A DNA stretch of 64,000 nt from Bdellovibrionota bacterium (GTDB taxonomy: Bacteria > Bdellovibrionota_G > JALEGL01 > DATDPG01), in contig OY764265.1 of assembly GCA_963668355.1 (NCBI GenBank), positions 2,720,001 through 2,784,000 on the forward strand, given 5' to 3'. A program made the translations under genes and the position numbers. Within the stretch, counting starts at the first letter, position 1, and every line of letters starts with the position of its first letter. A model generated the notes under the pieces. That model was not told where the DNA came from. It saw only the letters and a list, made by a program, of their open reading frames with translations, and made no database searches. Shown piece after piece: positions 49,657 through 57,913 of this stretch.

Positions 49657-50297
49657 TTTTGCGCTTTGCTCAAACCATATTTCTAATCCTACTATTTTTT
49701 GTGCTCCCGACTCTCCCTCGGCTGGAAGTCGTGTTTTCTCCCCCCGTAATACTGGCGGTTCTAATGGCGTTTTTGATCAACATGACCCAACCCACCGTTC
49801 ATGCGAAGGATCTCAAAGAACCTACCCCAAGGGATCGCCTTAGTTCTCGCTACCTCTTTCTGGGAGGATGTTTAATATTCCTAATTCCTCTTCTTGATTT
49901 TACGTATTTCACTCAACCCAAAATTTCTGCCTGCTCTCCTCTTTTCCTTATCGGTACATTTTTGGTCATAAGTGGCATGACCTTTCGAATTTGGTCGATC
50001 CGAACACTCGGAAAGTTTTTTACGTCCGTGATATTCGTTCAGGAGGGTCAAAAAGTTGTCCAAAATGGGCCCTACAAGCTCATTCGCCATCCAAGTTATT
50101 TAGGCGCTACCGTGGCGGCTTTTGGTGTTTCAATTGCCTTTAAAAGCATCTTTGGGGTTTTTTTCGTTTTATTTTTATTTATTCCGATTTACGCCTATCG
50201 AATTCATGTCGAGGAGCAAACCCTCAAACGCGAATTGGCTCCGGATTATGAGGCATACATGAAACGAACCAAGCGTTTGATTCCTTTTGTTTATTGA
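49653..50297 (+). CDS. isoprenylcysteine carboxyl methyltransferase (ICMT) family membrane methyltransferase
   Basis: TLGKFF, GPYKLIRHPSYLG, RIHVEE..L, Y..Y..RTKRLIPFVY; ATGA-coupled to the PilZ gene. Confidence 0.88.
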   Translation: MILRFAQTIFLILLFFVLPTLPRLEVVFSPPVILAVLMAFLINMTQPTVHAKDLKEPTPRDRLSSRYLFLGGCLIFLIPLLDFTYFTQPKISACSPLFLIGTFLVISGMTFRIWSIRTLGKFFTSVIFVQEGQKVVQNGPYKLIRHPSYLGATVAAFGVSIAFKSIFGVFFVLFLFIPIYAYRIHVEEQTLKRELAPDYEAYMKRTKRLIPFVY

Positions 50298-50310
50298 GTC
50301 TCCTTTTCTT

Positions 50311-50901
50311 TTATTGGGAGAACAAAAAGTATAGGCCTGTAGCGGAAATTCCCACCACGAGGAGGGAGATTCCTACGATGGTTCCTAAGATCCAAAATAG
50401 CTGCTTGTTACTCAATTGAACCGCGTGTTTTCCGAAGAGAAATAGGAGATAAAAAGACCAGGCCTGTACGGCAAAGGTCAGAAGAGGAAAGATGACACCT
50501 CCAAGAGTTCCGATCACGGCAAAAATGGAAATTTGCGCTAGAAAGAAAGAGGAACGGTAAATTCCGGCTTCCTTGTGAAAAAGTGTGGAGACCCAATGGA
50601 GCGTCGCCCCTCCAAGAGGAATCAAGCAAGCGGCAGCGATGGCACTCGAAAAAATGGCTCCAAAAGCTCGTACCCCAAACGGCCCCATCAACGACAATCC
50701 TAAGATTAAGCCCTGTGCCACACCGGCCGTCACGGCATAGATGAAAATGGGTTCCCAGGATCCTTTTTGGGGCAAAGCCAAAACGGCATTTTTCGGATTT
50801 TGAAAATACCTCTTAATGACCAGAGACCACTCTCTCAGCTGTTTGATCACACGGGTTTTTAGATCTTTGTCGAATTTAATGTTCAATACTTGTTCATTCA
50901 T
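50311..50901 (-). CDS. YIP1-like multi-pass membrane protein
   Basis: F.NP motif followed by about 5 TM helices. Confidence 0.55.
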   Translation of the reverse strand: MNEQVLNIKFDKDLKTRVIKQLREWSLVIKRYFQNPKNAVLALPQKGSWEPIFIYAVTAGVAQGLILGLSLMGPFGVRAFGAIFSSAIAAACLIPLGGATLHWVSTLFHKEAGIYRSSFFLAQISIFAVIGTLGGVIFPLLTFAVQAWSFYLLFLFGKHAVQLSNKQLFWILGTIVGISLLVVGISATGLYFLFSQ

Positions 50902-50949
50902 GACGGGCTCCTTTGCGTTTGATTTGTTTTTGGACGAAGTGCATTTCTT

Positions 50950-51285
50950 TTAAAGATGGGCATCAAAATAGGAATCCATGATCCCCCGAACACCTTCGCA
51001 AGATTCAGCCGCGTAAATGGCCGTTTCGAATGAAGCCGTTTTGGCATCTGAAGGAGAATCCCCTTCTGCCTCTGCCAAACATTCGGATTCCAAGGCCGCT
51101 TCAGAAGAAGTGTCTTGAAGATCCAATACGGAAACCGCATAGTCTCGATCGTCTTGGGTGGCACATTGGTCGAAGACGGAAGTTACGATCGCCGAACAAA
51201 CACGATCCCAGTTGTCACCGCTGCCTCCACAAGCGGAAACCAGGCCCAAAGAGCAAAGCATCAATCCAAGAAGTGTTTTTTTCAT
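50950..51285 (-). CDS. small Cys-containing lipoprotein
   Basis: MKKTLLGLMLCSLGLVSAC; GGAGG RBS. Confidence 0.8.
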   Translation of the reverse strand: MKKTLLGLMLCSLGLVSACGGSGDNWDRVCSAIVTSVFDQCATQDDRDYAVSVLDLQDTSSEAALESECLAEAEGDSPSDAKTASFETAIYAAESCEGVRGIMDSYFDAHL

Positions 51286-51347
51286 TTCAATATCCTCCCC
51301 CCAATTTGGGTGTTGAGTTTGTGTTTCAATCTTGGGAGAACCTAAGG

Positions 51348-51362
51348 GCAACCTGCGTGCCA
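51348..51362 (-). promoter_or_regulatory. sigma54 promoter (TGGCAC-gcagg-TTGC)
   Basis: Exact consensus match; IHF-like site near 51380 and a CGAGAC-N9-GTCTCG palindrome at 51412-51432. Confidence 0.8.
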
Positions 51363-51455
51363 AAAGGATTTTTCTTTATTTTCAAGGATTTAGGAGATTT
51401 CTAAGAGTTCACGAGACCGAAAATCCGTCTCGCAAACGTTCGAAACCCGGATGGT

Positions 51456-52541
51456 TTAGGACTGGTCTTGAACTGAATCGATCCAGCCGCCACCCAAGAC
51501 TTCTTCGCCCTGAAAGAAAACGGCTGCTTGGCCTGGAGTAATCGCTCTCTGGGGTTCTTGGAAAATGACTTTTACGCGACCGTCACCCAAGATTTCTATT
51601 TCAGCCGGTTTGGGCGAGAATCGGCTTCGAATCTGGGCCAATACCGAGGCTTTTTGCTCCAAGGGCTCGGCCACCCACGTCATTTCACGAACTTCAAAGA
51701 CGCGTTTGAACAAACTCTCATTTGGCCCCGTGACGACGCGACCGTCCGGATGCACGGCCAAGACATATTTGGGTTCCAAACTCTGAAGCCCCAAACCTTT
51801 TCTCTGCCCGACGGTAAACTGATGAATGCCATCATGTTCCCCGAGGATGTCCCCAGATTCATCGGTCATCTTCCCTTTGATGAGGGCCTCTTTACCCAAG
51901 CGTTGTTCAACAAAGTCAGCGTAACTTCCTTGAATGAAACAAATCTCCTGACTATCTGGCTTTTGTGCAAGACTGAGAAGACCGTAGGCCTCGGCCATTT
52001 TTCGGACTTCCGATTTGGGCAATTCTCCCAATGGAAAGGTCACTGAAGCGAGTTCCTCCTGGGTCAGGGCAAAGAGAAAGTAAGATTGGTCTTTCCCATG
52101 ATCCTTCCCTCGGTAGAGGCGGATCTTTCCATTTTCCTCCACGCGTCTCGCATAATGTCCTGTGGCCAGGTATTTGGCGCCAAGTTCTTTGGCTTTTTTT
52201 AGAAGAATGGAAAATTTCACATCCTGATTGCATCTCGCACATGGGTTGGGGGTTTCCCCCATCCGATAGCTCTTGAGGAAATTGTCCACGACAGTTTTCT
52301 CAAAATCTTTCTCGAGATCGACAATGTAATGGGGAAAGCCATGAATTTGCGCGACCTTTCGGGCATCGTCCAAATCTTCGGGCGTACAACATCCATGTGT
52401 GGCTTCCCGATCATAGGTCCACAGACGCATGGAAATTCCGATCACATCGTAACCTTGTTCCTTAAGAAGAACCGCGGCCACAGAGCTATCCACCCCACCA
52501 CTCATGGCGACCACAATTCTTTCTTTGGAAGGCGAATTCAT
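51456..52541 (-). CDS. mnmA: tRNA 2-thiouridine(34) synthase
   Basis: AMSGGVDSSV, TPNPC..CN, ATGHY, KDQSYFL, SQEICF, GQRKGLG, TPGQ. Confidence 0.97.
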   Translation of the reverse strand: MNSPSKERIVVAMSGGVDSSVAAVLLKEQGYDVIGISMRLWTYDREATHGCCTPEDLDDARKVAQIHGFPHYIVDLEKDFEKTVVDNFLKSYRMGETPNPCARCNQDVKFSILLKKAKELGAKYLATGHYARRVEENGKIRLYRGKDHGKDQSYFLFALTQEELASVTFPLGELPKSEVRKMAEAYGLLSLAQKPDSQEICFIQGSYADFVEQRLGKEALIKGKMTDESGDILGEHDGIHQFTVGQRKGLGLQSLEPKYVLAVHPDGRVVTGPNESLFKRVFEVREMTWVAEPLEQKASVLAQIRSRFSPKPAEIEILGDGRVKVIFQEPQRAITPGQAAVFFQGEEVLGGGWIDSVQDQS

Positions 52542-52564
52542 GAACTCGGGCGTTCTACACGAGT

Positions 52565-52975
52565 TTAGGGAGAGGATTCAAGGGGCGATCCGATCACAAC
52601 TTGTTCTCGAATTTTGGCCAATTTTTTGGGGCCGATTCCCTTGACCCGAAGCAGTTCCTCCACCTTCTTATAGGGTCCGTGCGTCTCTCGATCTGAGATG
52701 ATTCTTTGCGTCAACACCGGCCCAATCCCCCGAATTTCAGTCAATTGGGAAGAATTCGCACGATTGAGATCGATTTTTTTAACGAAAAGGCTCTTTATTT
52801 CGGCACTTTTCTTTTTAATTTCGGAAGAATAGACATCGTTTTCTAGATTTTTTCTTGAGTTTGATGGCCAAGAAATGATCACGATTAAGGTTCCCGTCAA
52901 GAGAATCCAAAGTAAATAAAAACGCTTATATTTCAATGAGTTAGTTTCTTTCGGACCTCTTGACACCCCACTCAT
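52565..52975 (-). CDS. comEA: ComEA-family helix-hairpin-helix DNA-binding protein
   Basis: TM helix then IDLNRA...IRGIGP...II..R...GPY..VEELLRVKGIGPK; exact start uncertain. Confidence 0.85.
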   Translation of the reverse strand: MSGVSRGPKETNSLKYKRFYLLWILLTGTLIVIISWPSNSRKNLENDVYSSEIKKKSAEIKSLFVKKIDLNRANSSQLTEIRGIGPVLTQRIISDRETHGPYKKVEELLRVKGIGPKKLAKIREQVVIGSPLESSP

Positions 52976-52994
52976 CCGGGTGTTACCTAGAAAG

Positions 52995-53085
52995 AAATAG
53001 GAAAAATATCTTCGCCGTTTTTTTCCTAGAGAAGCCGGGGTACCCGGAACTCGAAAGGGTTTCGTGTCCCTGGCTTTCTCTTTTT
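52995..53085 (+). ncRNA. candidate small RNA (~90 nt, two hairpins plus U-tract) antisense to the flanking genes
   Basis: TTGACA at 52960 with TTACCT 17 nt later, a TAGGAAAAA/TTTTTCCTA stem, then a long GAAA-capped stem and T-run. Confidence 0.45.
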
Positions 53086-53101
53086 GGGAGCGAGTTCATT
53101 C

Positions 53102-54328
53102 TCAATTCGGTTCTTTCGCCAATCCAAATTCTTCGTGAAGCGCTCGTACGGCAAGTTCTCCGTATCGCTCATCCAACACGCAACAAATTTTGATTTCTGA
53201 AGTGGAAACCGCCATCACCTCAATCCCCTCTCGGGATAAGGTTCCGAAAATCCGTGCGGCGACTCCCGAATGGGAACGCATGCCCAATCCCACAGCGGAA
53301 ACTTTCGTAACCTTCTCGTGAGATTTAATTTCAACCGAGTGATCTTCTTCTTTACACAATTGCGCCGTTTCCAATGCTTTTGAGAAACACAAACGAGGAA
53401 CTGTAAATGTCAGGTTCACTTTTCCGCTATCGCTTCGATCTTGGACGATTACATCGACGGAAATATCCTGTTCAGCCAAGGCCCTAAACAAGGAACTGGT
53501 TTTTTCCGCGTCTTCTGACAGATTTCGAATGGAAATTTTTCCCTCGGTCCGATCACAACTGATTGCAGAAACAACGGTGCCTTCCATGCCTAACTCCTCT
53601 GTGGTTACTGTGGTTCCGGGGTGTTGCTCAAAAGAAGAACGAACATAAATCGGAATTTGATATCTCTTAGCCAATTGAACGGATCGAGCCTGTAAAACCT
53701 TGGCTCCCAAACATGCCAGCTCCAACATCTCGTCATAACAAAGTTTTCGTATCGGTCTGGCTTCGGAGCAAATTCGTGGATCTGCGGTGTAAACACCTCG
53801 AACATCCGTACAGATTTCACATAAATCAGCGTCCAACGCTCCGGCCAACGCGACCGCCGTCAAATCCGACCCCCCTCTTCCCAGGGTCGTAATTTCACCG
53901 CGTGCATTGACGCCTTGATATCCTGCAACGACAGCAACGCCTCCGGAGAAGATCCACTCTTTGAGTTCTCGGGGATCAATGGACTCAATTCGGGCTTCTC
54001 CCAGGTCCTCACTGGTTCGAATGGGAATTTGATGCCCTAAGAAAGCTCGACTTTTCACAGCTTTTTTTTTCAAAGCCATGGAAAGCAAAGAAGCCGAAAC
54101 TTGTTCTCCCGTAGCCACGAGCATGTCCATTTCTCGGTGGGGAATTTCACCACAAAAACGATTGGCCAGCGCCTCCAGGCGATCGGTTTCTCCGGCCATG
54201 GCCGAAACGACAACCACCATTCGATCCCCGCCCTGGGCACGAAGCCGAATTCGTTCTGCAACCTTCTCGATACAGTCGAGGTCGGCGAGAGAGGTGCCTC
54301 CAAATTTTTGTACGATGAGTTTCGACAC
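53102..54328 (-). CDS. lysC: aspartate kinase
   Basis: VQKFGGTS, VVSAM, TLGRGGSD.TA, TDV.GVYTADPR and ACT domains; GTG start 54328. Confidence 0.96.
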   Translation of the reverse strand: MSKLIVQKFGGTSLADLDCIEKVAERIRLRAQGGDRMVVVVSAMAGETDRLEALANRFCGEIPHREMDMLVATGEQVSASLLSMALKKKAVKSRAFLGHQIPIRTSEDLGEARIESIDPRELKEWIFSGGVAVVAGYQGVNARGEITTLGRGGSDLTAVALAGALDADLCEICTDVRGVYTADPRICSEARPIRKLCYDEMLELACLGAKVLQARSVQLAKRYQIPIYVRSSFEQHPGTTVTTEELGMEGTVVSAISCDRTEGKISIRNLSEDAEKTSSLFRALAEQDISVDVIVQDRSDSGKVNLTFTVPRLCFSKALETAQLCKEEDHSVEIKSHEKVTKVSAVGLGMRSHSGVAARIFGTLSREGIEVMAVSTSEIKICCVLDERYGELAVRALHEEFGLAKEPN

Positions 54329-54332
54329 GGCC

Positions 54333-55763
54333 TTACGAGATGGATTGTTCAACCCAAGCAGAAACAATATTTCCCGCCTGAGCGATTTTTTCTGAGTCGG
54401 AAGTTTTCAGTTTCGCAGCTTTTTCTTTCACGCAATCGGCATGCAGTTTCCACAGAGCATACAGTGCATTGATTTGAACTTGTTCGTCAGGATCTTCGGT
54501 CATTTCTTCCAATAGAGGAATCTGCCCATTGGACGGCAACTGACCGAGAATCATCCCCACCTGCCTTCGAACTCCTACGTTTTCATGTCTAGCGAGTGTT
54601 TTTAATCTTAATTTTGCGGCCGAGTCGCGATCCACACCCGCGTGGTTGGCCACCAGCATTCCAAAATGGGGTTTTCCAGACTCCACACCATCGAGCAATC
54701 GAGAAATCACGTCCATGGAGCCTCTTCGTTGCAACTGATGCGCTGCAATCAGTTGAACACTCAAAACTTCATCTTTCTCGATGACATCCAATAAAGCCTC
54801 TTCCGCCTGTTCTCCTCCGGTTGCTGCGAGAGCTCTCACAATCTCTTGCCGAACCTCGGGTTCTTCATCTCTCAATCCTTCGATCAATTGAGGGAGCGTT
54901 TCGGGAACCGCCAACATTCCCAGACTTTCTGCGGATTTCTGGCGAATCAACGGATCTGAATCTCGCAACCCGTCCAATAAAGACATGGCTTCACGTTTTC
55001 GTTTCATGCGAAGCTGAACATCAATGGAGGAAGCCTTTCCAGGGTTCTTTTTGGCTTCCTTCGGTTTGGAGAGGGCATCAAAACGAAGACTAAGATCCAC
55101 AACCAGTTCACTTCGCCGGTTTTTTCGCTCAACCAAATCTCCCCATCTCCGAAAATCCGATTCGCTGTTGTAGAAAAAGGGAGTCAGTCCATTGTTTTGC
55201 GTATACCCCAAAAACTCGATGTAATTCCGAACCAGATGTTCATACGAAACGTTTTCCTCTTCGGCTCCAGGCGTTCCGCGGGCCTCCATAATGTCCGACA
55301 TTCGGACTTCATGTAATGCATTAGAAATGCCTTCATAGTCCCTTGTTTCCAAAAGAGACCAGGCCGCTTCATCTCTAAGAAAACCAACCTTTTTTAAAAG
55401 CGTCCGGAGAAAGGGATCGGCCACCAAAAAATCGTTGACCATGGCCAAGGAAGAGAAATGCCGGATCAGTTTAAAGTCCAGAGAAAGCTCTCCGCCTTCT
55501 GTTGGGAAATCTTCGATTCCAGCTCGAAAACGTGCTGCCAGAGCTTCAACAATCGTCCAGTTTCCATGTCCTTGGGTCAAAAAAGCTTCGATGGCTTCCA
55601 GCAATTCCAACTGGCCTTTATGATAAAGCAAAGAGCGTAAATCGACCCTCCGGCGAAAATCATCCAGCAAAATCAGATCGTAGACATCTTTTAAGGCCAT
55701 GCGCGACCAAATCGCATCCGTTTGTTGTTGGTCATACGCCAACCCCACCAGCTCAACGCTCAC
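54333..55763 (-). CDS. HEAT-repeat protein
   Basis: LRDSDPLIRQKSAESLG, LRDEEPEVRQEIVRAL, DPDEQVQINALYAL. Confidence 0.8.
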   Translation of the reverse strand: MSVELVGLAYDQQQTDAIWSRMALKDVYDLILLDDFRRRVDLRSLLYHKGQLELLEAIEAFLTQGHGNWTIVEALAARFRAGIEDFPTEGGELSLDFKLIRHFSSLAMVNDFLVADPFLRTLLKKVGFLRDEAAWSLLETRDYEGISNALHEVRMSDIMEARGTPGAEEENVSYEHLVRNYIEFLGYTQNNGLTPFFYNSESDFRRWGDLVERKNRRSELVVDLSLRFDALSKPKEAKKNPGKASSIDVQLRMKRKREAMSLLDGLRDSDPLIRQKSAESLGMLAVPETLPQLIEGLRDEEPEVRQEIVRALAATGGEQAEEALLDVIEKDEVLSVQLIAAHQLQRRGSMDVISRLLDGVESGKPHFGMLVANHAGVDRDSAAKLRLKTLARHENVGVRRQVGMILGQLPSNGQIPLLEEMTEDPDEQVQINALYALWKLHADCVKEKAAKLKTSDSEKIAQAGNIVSAWVEQSIS

Positions 55764-56242
55764 GACTCACGCTCCCAGTCTTCAAGAATCTTTCTGGCGC
55801 GCGGCGATTCCGTTTCAATGTGAATTTGCCGACTCCCTTCTGGACCAAAATCTAAACTCATCTTCATAAACGGCTGTTCCCATATCTGGGGGAACCGATC
55901 ATACCACTCAATGACCGAAACGCCCTCCTCCCCAATCGTATCCATCAAGCCCGAAGTCACCAATTTCTTTTCGTTTTCAATTCGGTAGAGGTCTACGTGA
56001 TACAACGGTGTTGGGCCTCCATAGATTTGCATGTAAACAAACGTTGGACTCGTGACTTGAAATCCGGGGTCAATGCCCAAGCCTTTTGCAATCCCTTGAA
56101 CCATCGTGGTTTTTCCCACGCCCAAAGGCCCTACCATGCCCAAGACATCCTGGGGTTCCAAGCCCTTTCCAAGGAACTCTCCAAACGCAAGCGTTTCCTC
56201 CAAAGACGCAAGAGCCACTAAACTTGGGGGTTTTCCTCCCAT
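55760..56242 (-). CDS. tsaE: tRNA threonylcarbamoyladenosine biosynthesis ATPase
   Basis: GPLGVGKTT, VTSPTF, HVDLYR, IEW. Confidence 0.95.
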   Translation of the reverse strand: MGGKPPSLVALASLEETLAFGEFLGKGLEPQDVLGMVGPLGVGKTTMVQGIAKGLGIDPGFQVTSPTFVYMQIYGGPTPLYHVDLYRIENEKKLVTSGLMDTIGEEGVSVIEWYDRFPQIWEQPFMKMSLDFGPEGSRQIHIETESPRARKILEDWERES

Positions 56243-57793
56243 TCAGCAAGACTCCATCGGCAATTTTGGAAGTTCTTCGATTAAATCGGAGGCCAGCAAT
56301 CCTCTTCCCTCGGTTCGGGCAGCCACGCGATCTCCCGCCAACCCATGGAGATACACAGCAGCCAGGGCCGCTTCTTCTCGGGAGATTCCCTGAGCCAAAA
56401 AACTACCTGTCATCCCCGCCAAGACATCTCCCATTCCCGCCGTAGCCATGGCCGGATTTCCGGTGGGATTAATATAAACATCGCCATTTGGGAAAGAGAC
56501 CACCGTATGAGCCCCCTTCAAGACCACCGTTGTTTGCCACGTTTGGCTGGAACGTTTCGCAATTTCGATGCGATCTTTCTGGATTTCCTCTGTTTTTAAG
56601 CCCGTCAAACGGGACATCTCTCCAGGATGGGGTGTCAAAATGGCGTGTTTCAAAACCGGTGAGAGCGTTGAAATCAAGGGAGCTAAGGCATTCAAACCAT
56701 CTGCATCAATCACAACCGGAATCTCCAAGGTCTTCAGCCATTCCGTCAAAAGGGAGCCCAGCTCGTGGTGCAACACCAGTCCCGGTCCCACAACCACCGC
56801 ATCTTTTCCTTTGGAGAGGTCTTTCAACCGATTCAGGGCGCTTTCTCCCAGGCTTCCTCCCGGACCCTCCGGCAGAGGCTCCGTCATGACTTCCACCAAC
56901 TGAGATTTCACAATGCTCTGCGCACTCTCGGGGACTGCAAGTGTCACCAAACCGGCGCCTGCGCGAAGTGCTGCTTTGCTGGAAAGAACCGCAGCGCCGG
57001 ACTTTTCAGCCGAACCCGCCACGACCAAAAGATGTCCATACGTTCCTTTGTGCGTGTTTTCCTGACGTTTCGGAAACGCGGATTGAAATCGCGCGGGATC
57101 AATTTCAAACACTCTCGACGCCTGCGTCTCGTCCGCCCAAGCATCCGCCAGAGAAATGTCGGCCACCACTACGTCACCCGCCAAATCACTTCCGGAATTT
57201 AAATAAAACCCTCTCTTACTCATTCCAAACGTCACCGTCACATCGGCTCGAATCGCAGCCCCCATAGCTTCGCCCGAATCCGTATGCAGGCCGGAGGGAA
57301 GATCTACGGCATATACCTGGGATTTGGATTGGTTCACGAATTTAACGGCGGAAGCATAAACGCCTTCCAAAGACCTTTCCAAACCCGTTCCAAACAACGC
57401 ATCCACCAAAATGTCTGCCGAACGAATTCGTTCTTCCCAGGCATCCAAATCCGACGCTTGCTGAATTTCTGTGGGCTGAATTCCCATCTTTTCAAGGATG
57501 GAGAGGTTGAGTTCCGCATCCTTTCCTTTGGGCCTTCCCTTTCCAAATCTAAGGACCCAAGGCGTCGCTCCGTTTAACTGAAGGTAACGAGCAATCACGA
57601 AGCCATCGCCTCCATTATTCCCATTTCCACAAAGAACTCCGATGGATTTTCCACCCAGAGGGCCCTCTCGCTTCAAAATCTCTGCAAAAACGCTTCTTCC
57701 AGCACTTTCCATCAAGACCGGTCCGGGAATGCCCACGGTTGAAATGGCATACTGATCGACATTTCTCATTTCTTGAGCCGTCAGAATTCTCAC
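56243..57793 (-). CDS. nnr: bifunctional NAD(P)HX epimerase/dehydratase
   Basis: LMESAG, GNGNNGGDG, DALFGTG, HKG.YG, IDADGL, LTPHPGEM, AGMGDVLAG; GTG start 57793. Confidence 0.96.
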   Translation of the reverse strand: MRILTAQEMRNVDQYAISTVGIPGPVLMESAGRSVFAEILKREGPLGGKSIGVLCGNGNNGGDGFVIARYLQLNGATPWVLRFGKGRPKGKDAELNLSILEKMGIQPTEIQQASDLDAWEERIRSADILVDALFGTGLERSLEGVYASAVKFVNQSKSQVYAVDLPSGLHTDSGEAMGAAIRADVTVTFGMSKRGFYLNSGSDLAGDVVVADISLADAWADETQASRVFEIDPARFQSAFPKRQENTHKGTYGHLLVVAGSAEKSGAAVLSSKAALRAGAGLVTLAVPESAQSIVKSQLVEVMTEPLPEGPGGSLGESALNRLKDLSKGKDAVVVGPGLVLHHELGSLLTEWLKTLEIPVVIDADGLNALAPLISTLSPVLKHAILTPHPGEMSRLTGLKTEEIQKDRIEIAKRSSQTWQTTVVLKGAHTVVSFPNGDVYINPTGNPAMATAGMGDVLAGMTGSFLAQGISREEAALAAVYLHGLAGDRVAARTEGRGLLASDLIEELPKLPMESC

Positions 57794-57913
57794 GCCGCCA
57801 TGGTACCTCAAGTCATCGGCCATCACGAAGGAATTAGAAGCGATGTGGAGCCTCTGAATCTTCCTTCAGATTCCCCACATCGCGAAGGCTCCCCGAGGGT
57901 CAATGTCTTCCGT

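Noticed and set aside
57840..57883. Inverted repeat GCGATGTGG..TCTGAA/TTCAGA..CCACATCGC
   Set aside because: Single copy with no U-tract or promoter context; could be a terminator or REP-like element but cannot be supported further.
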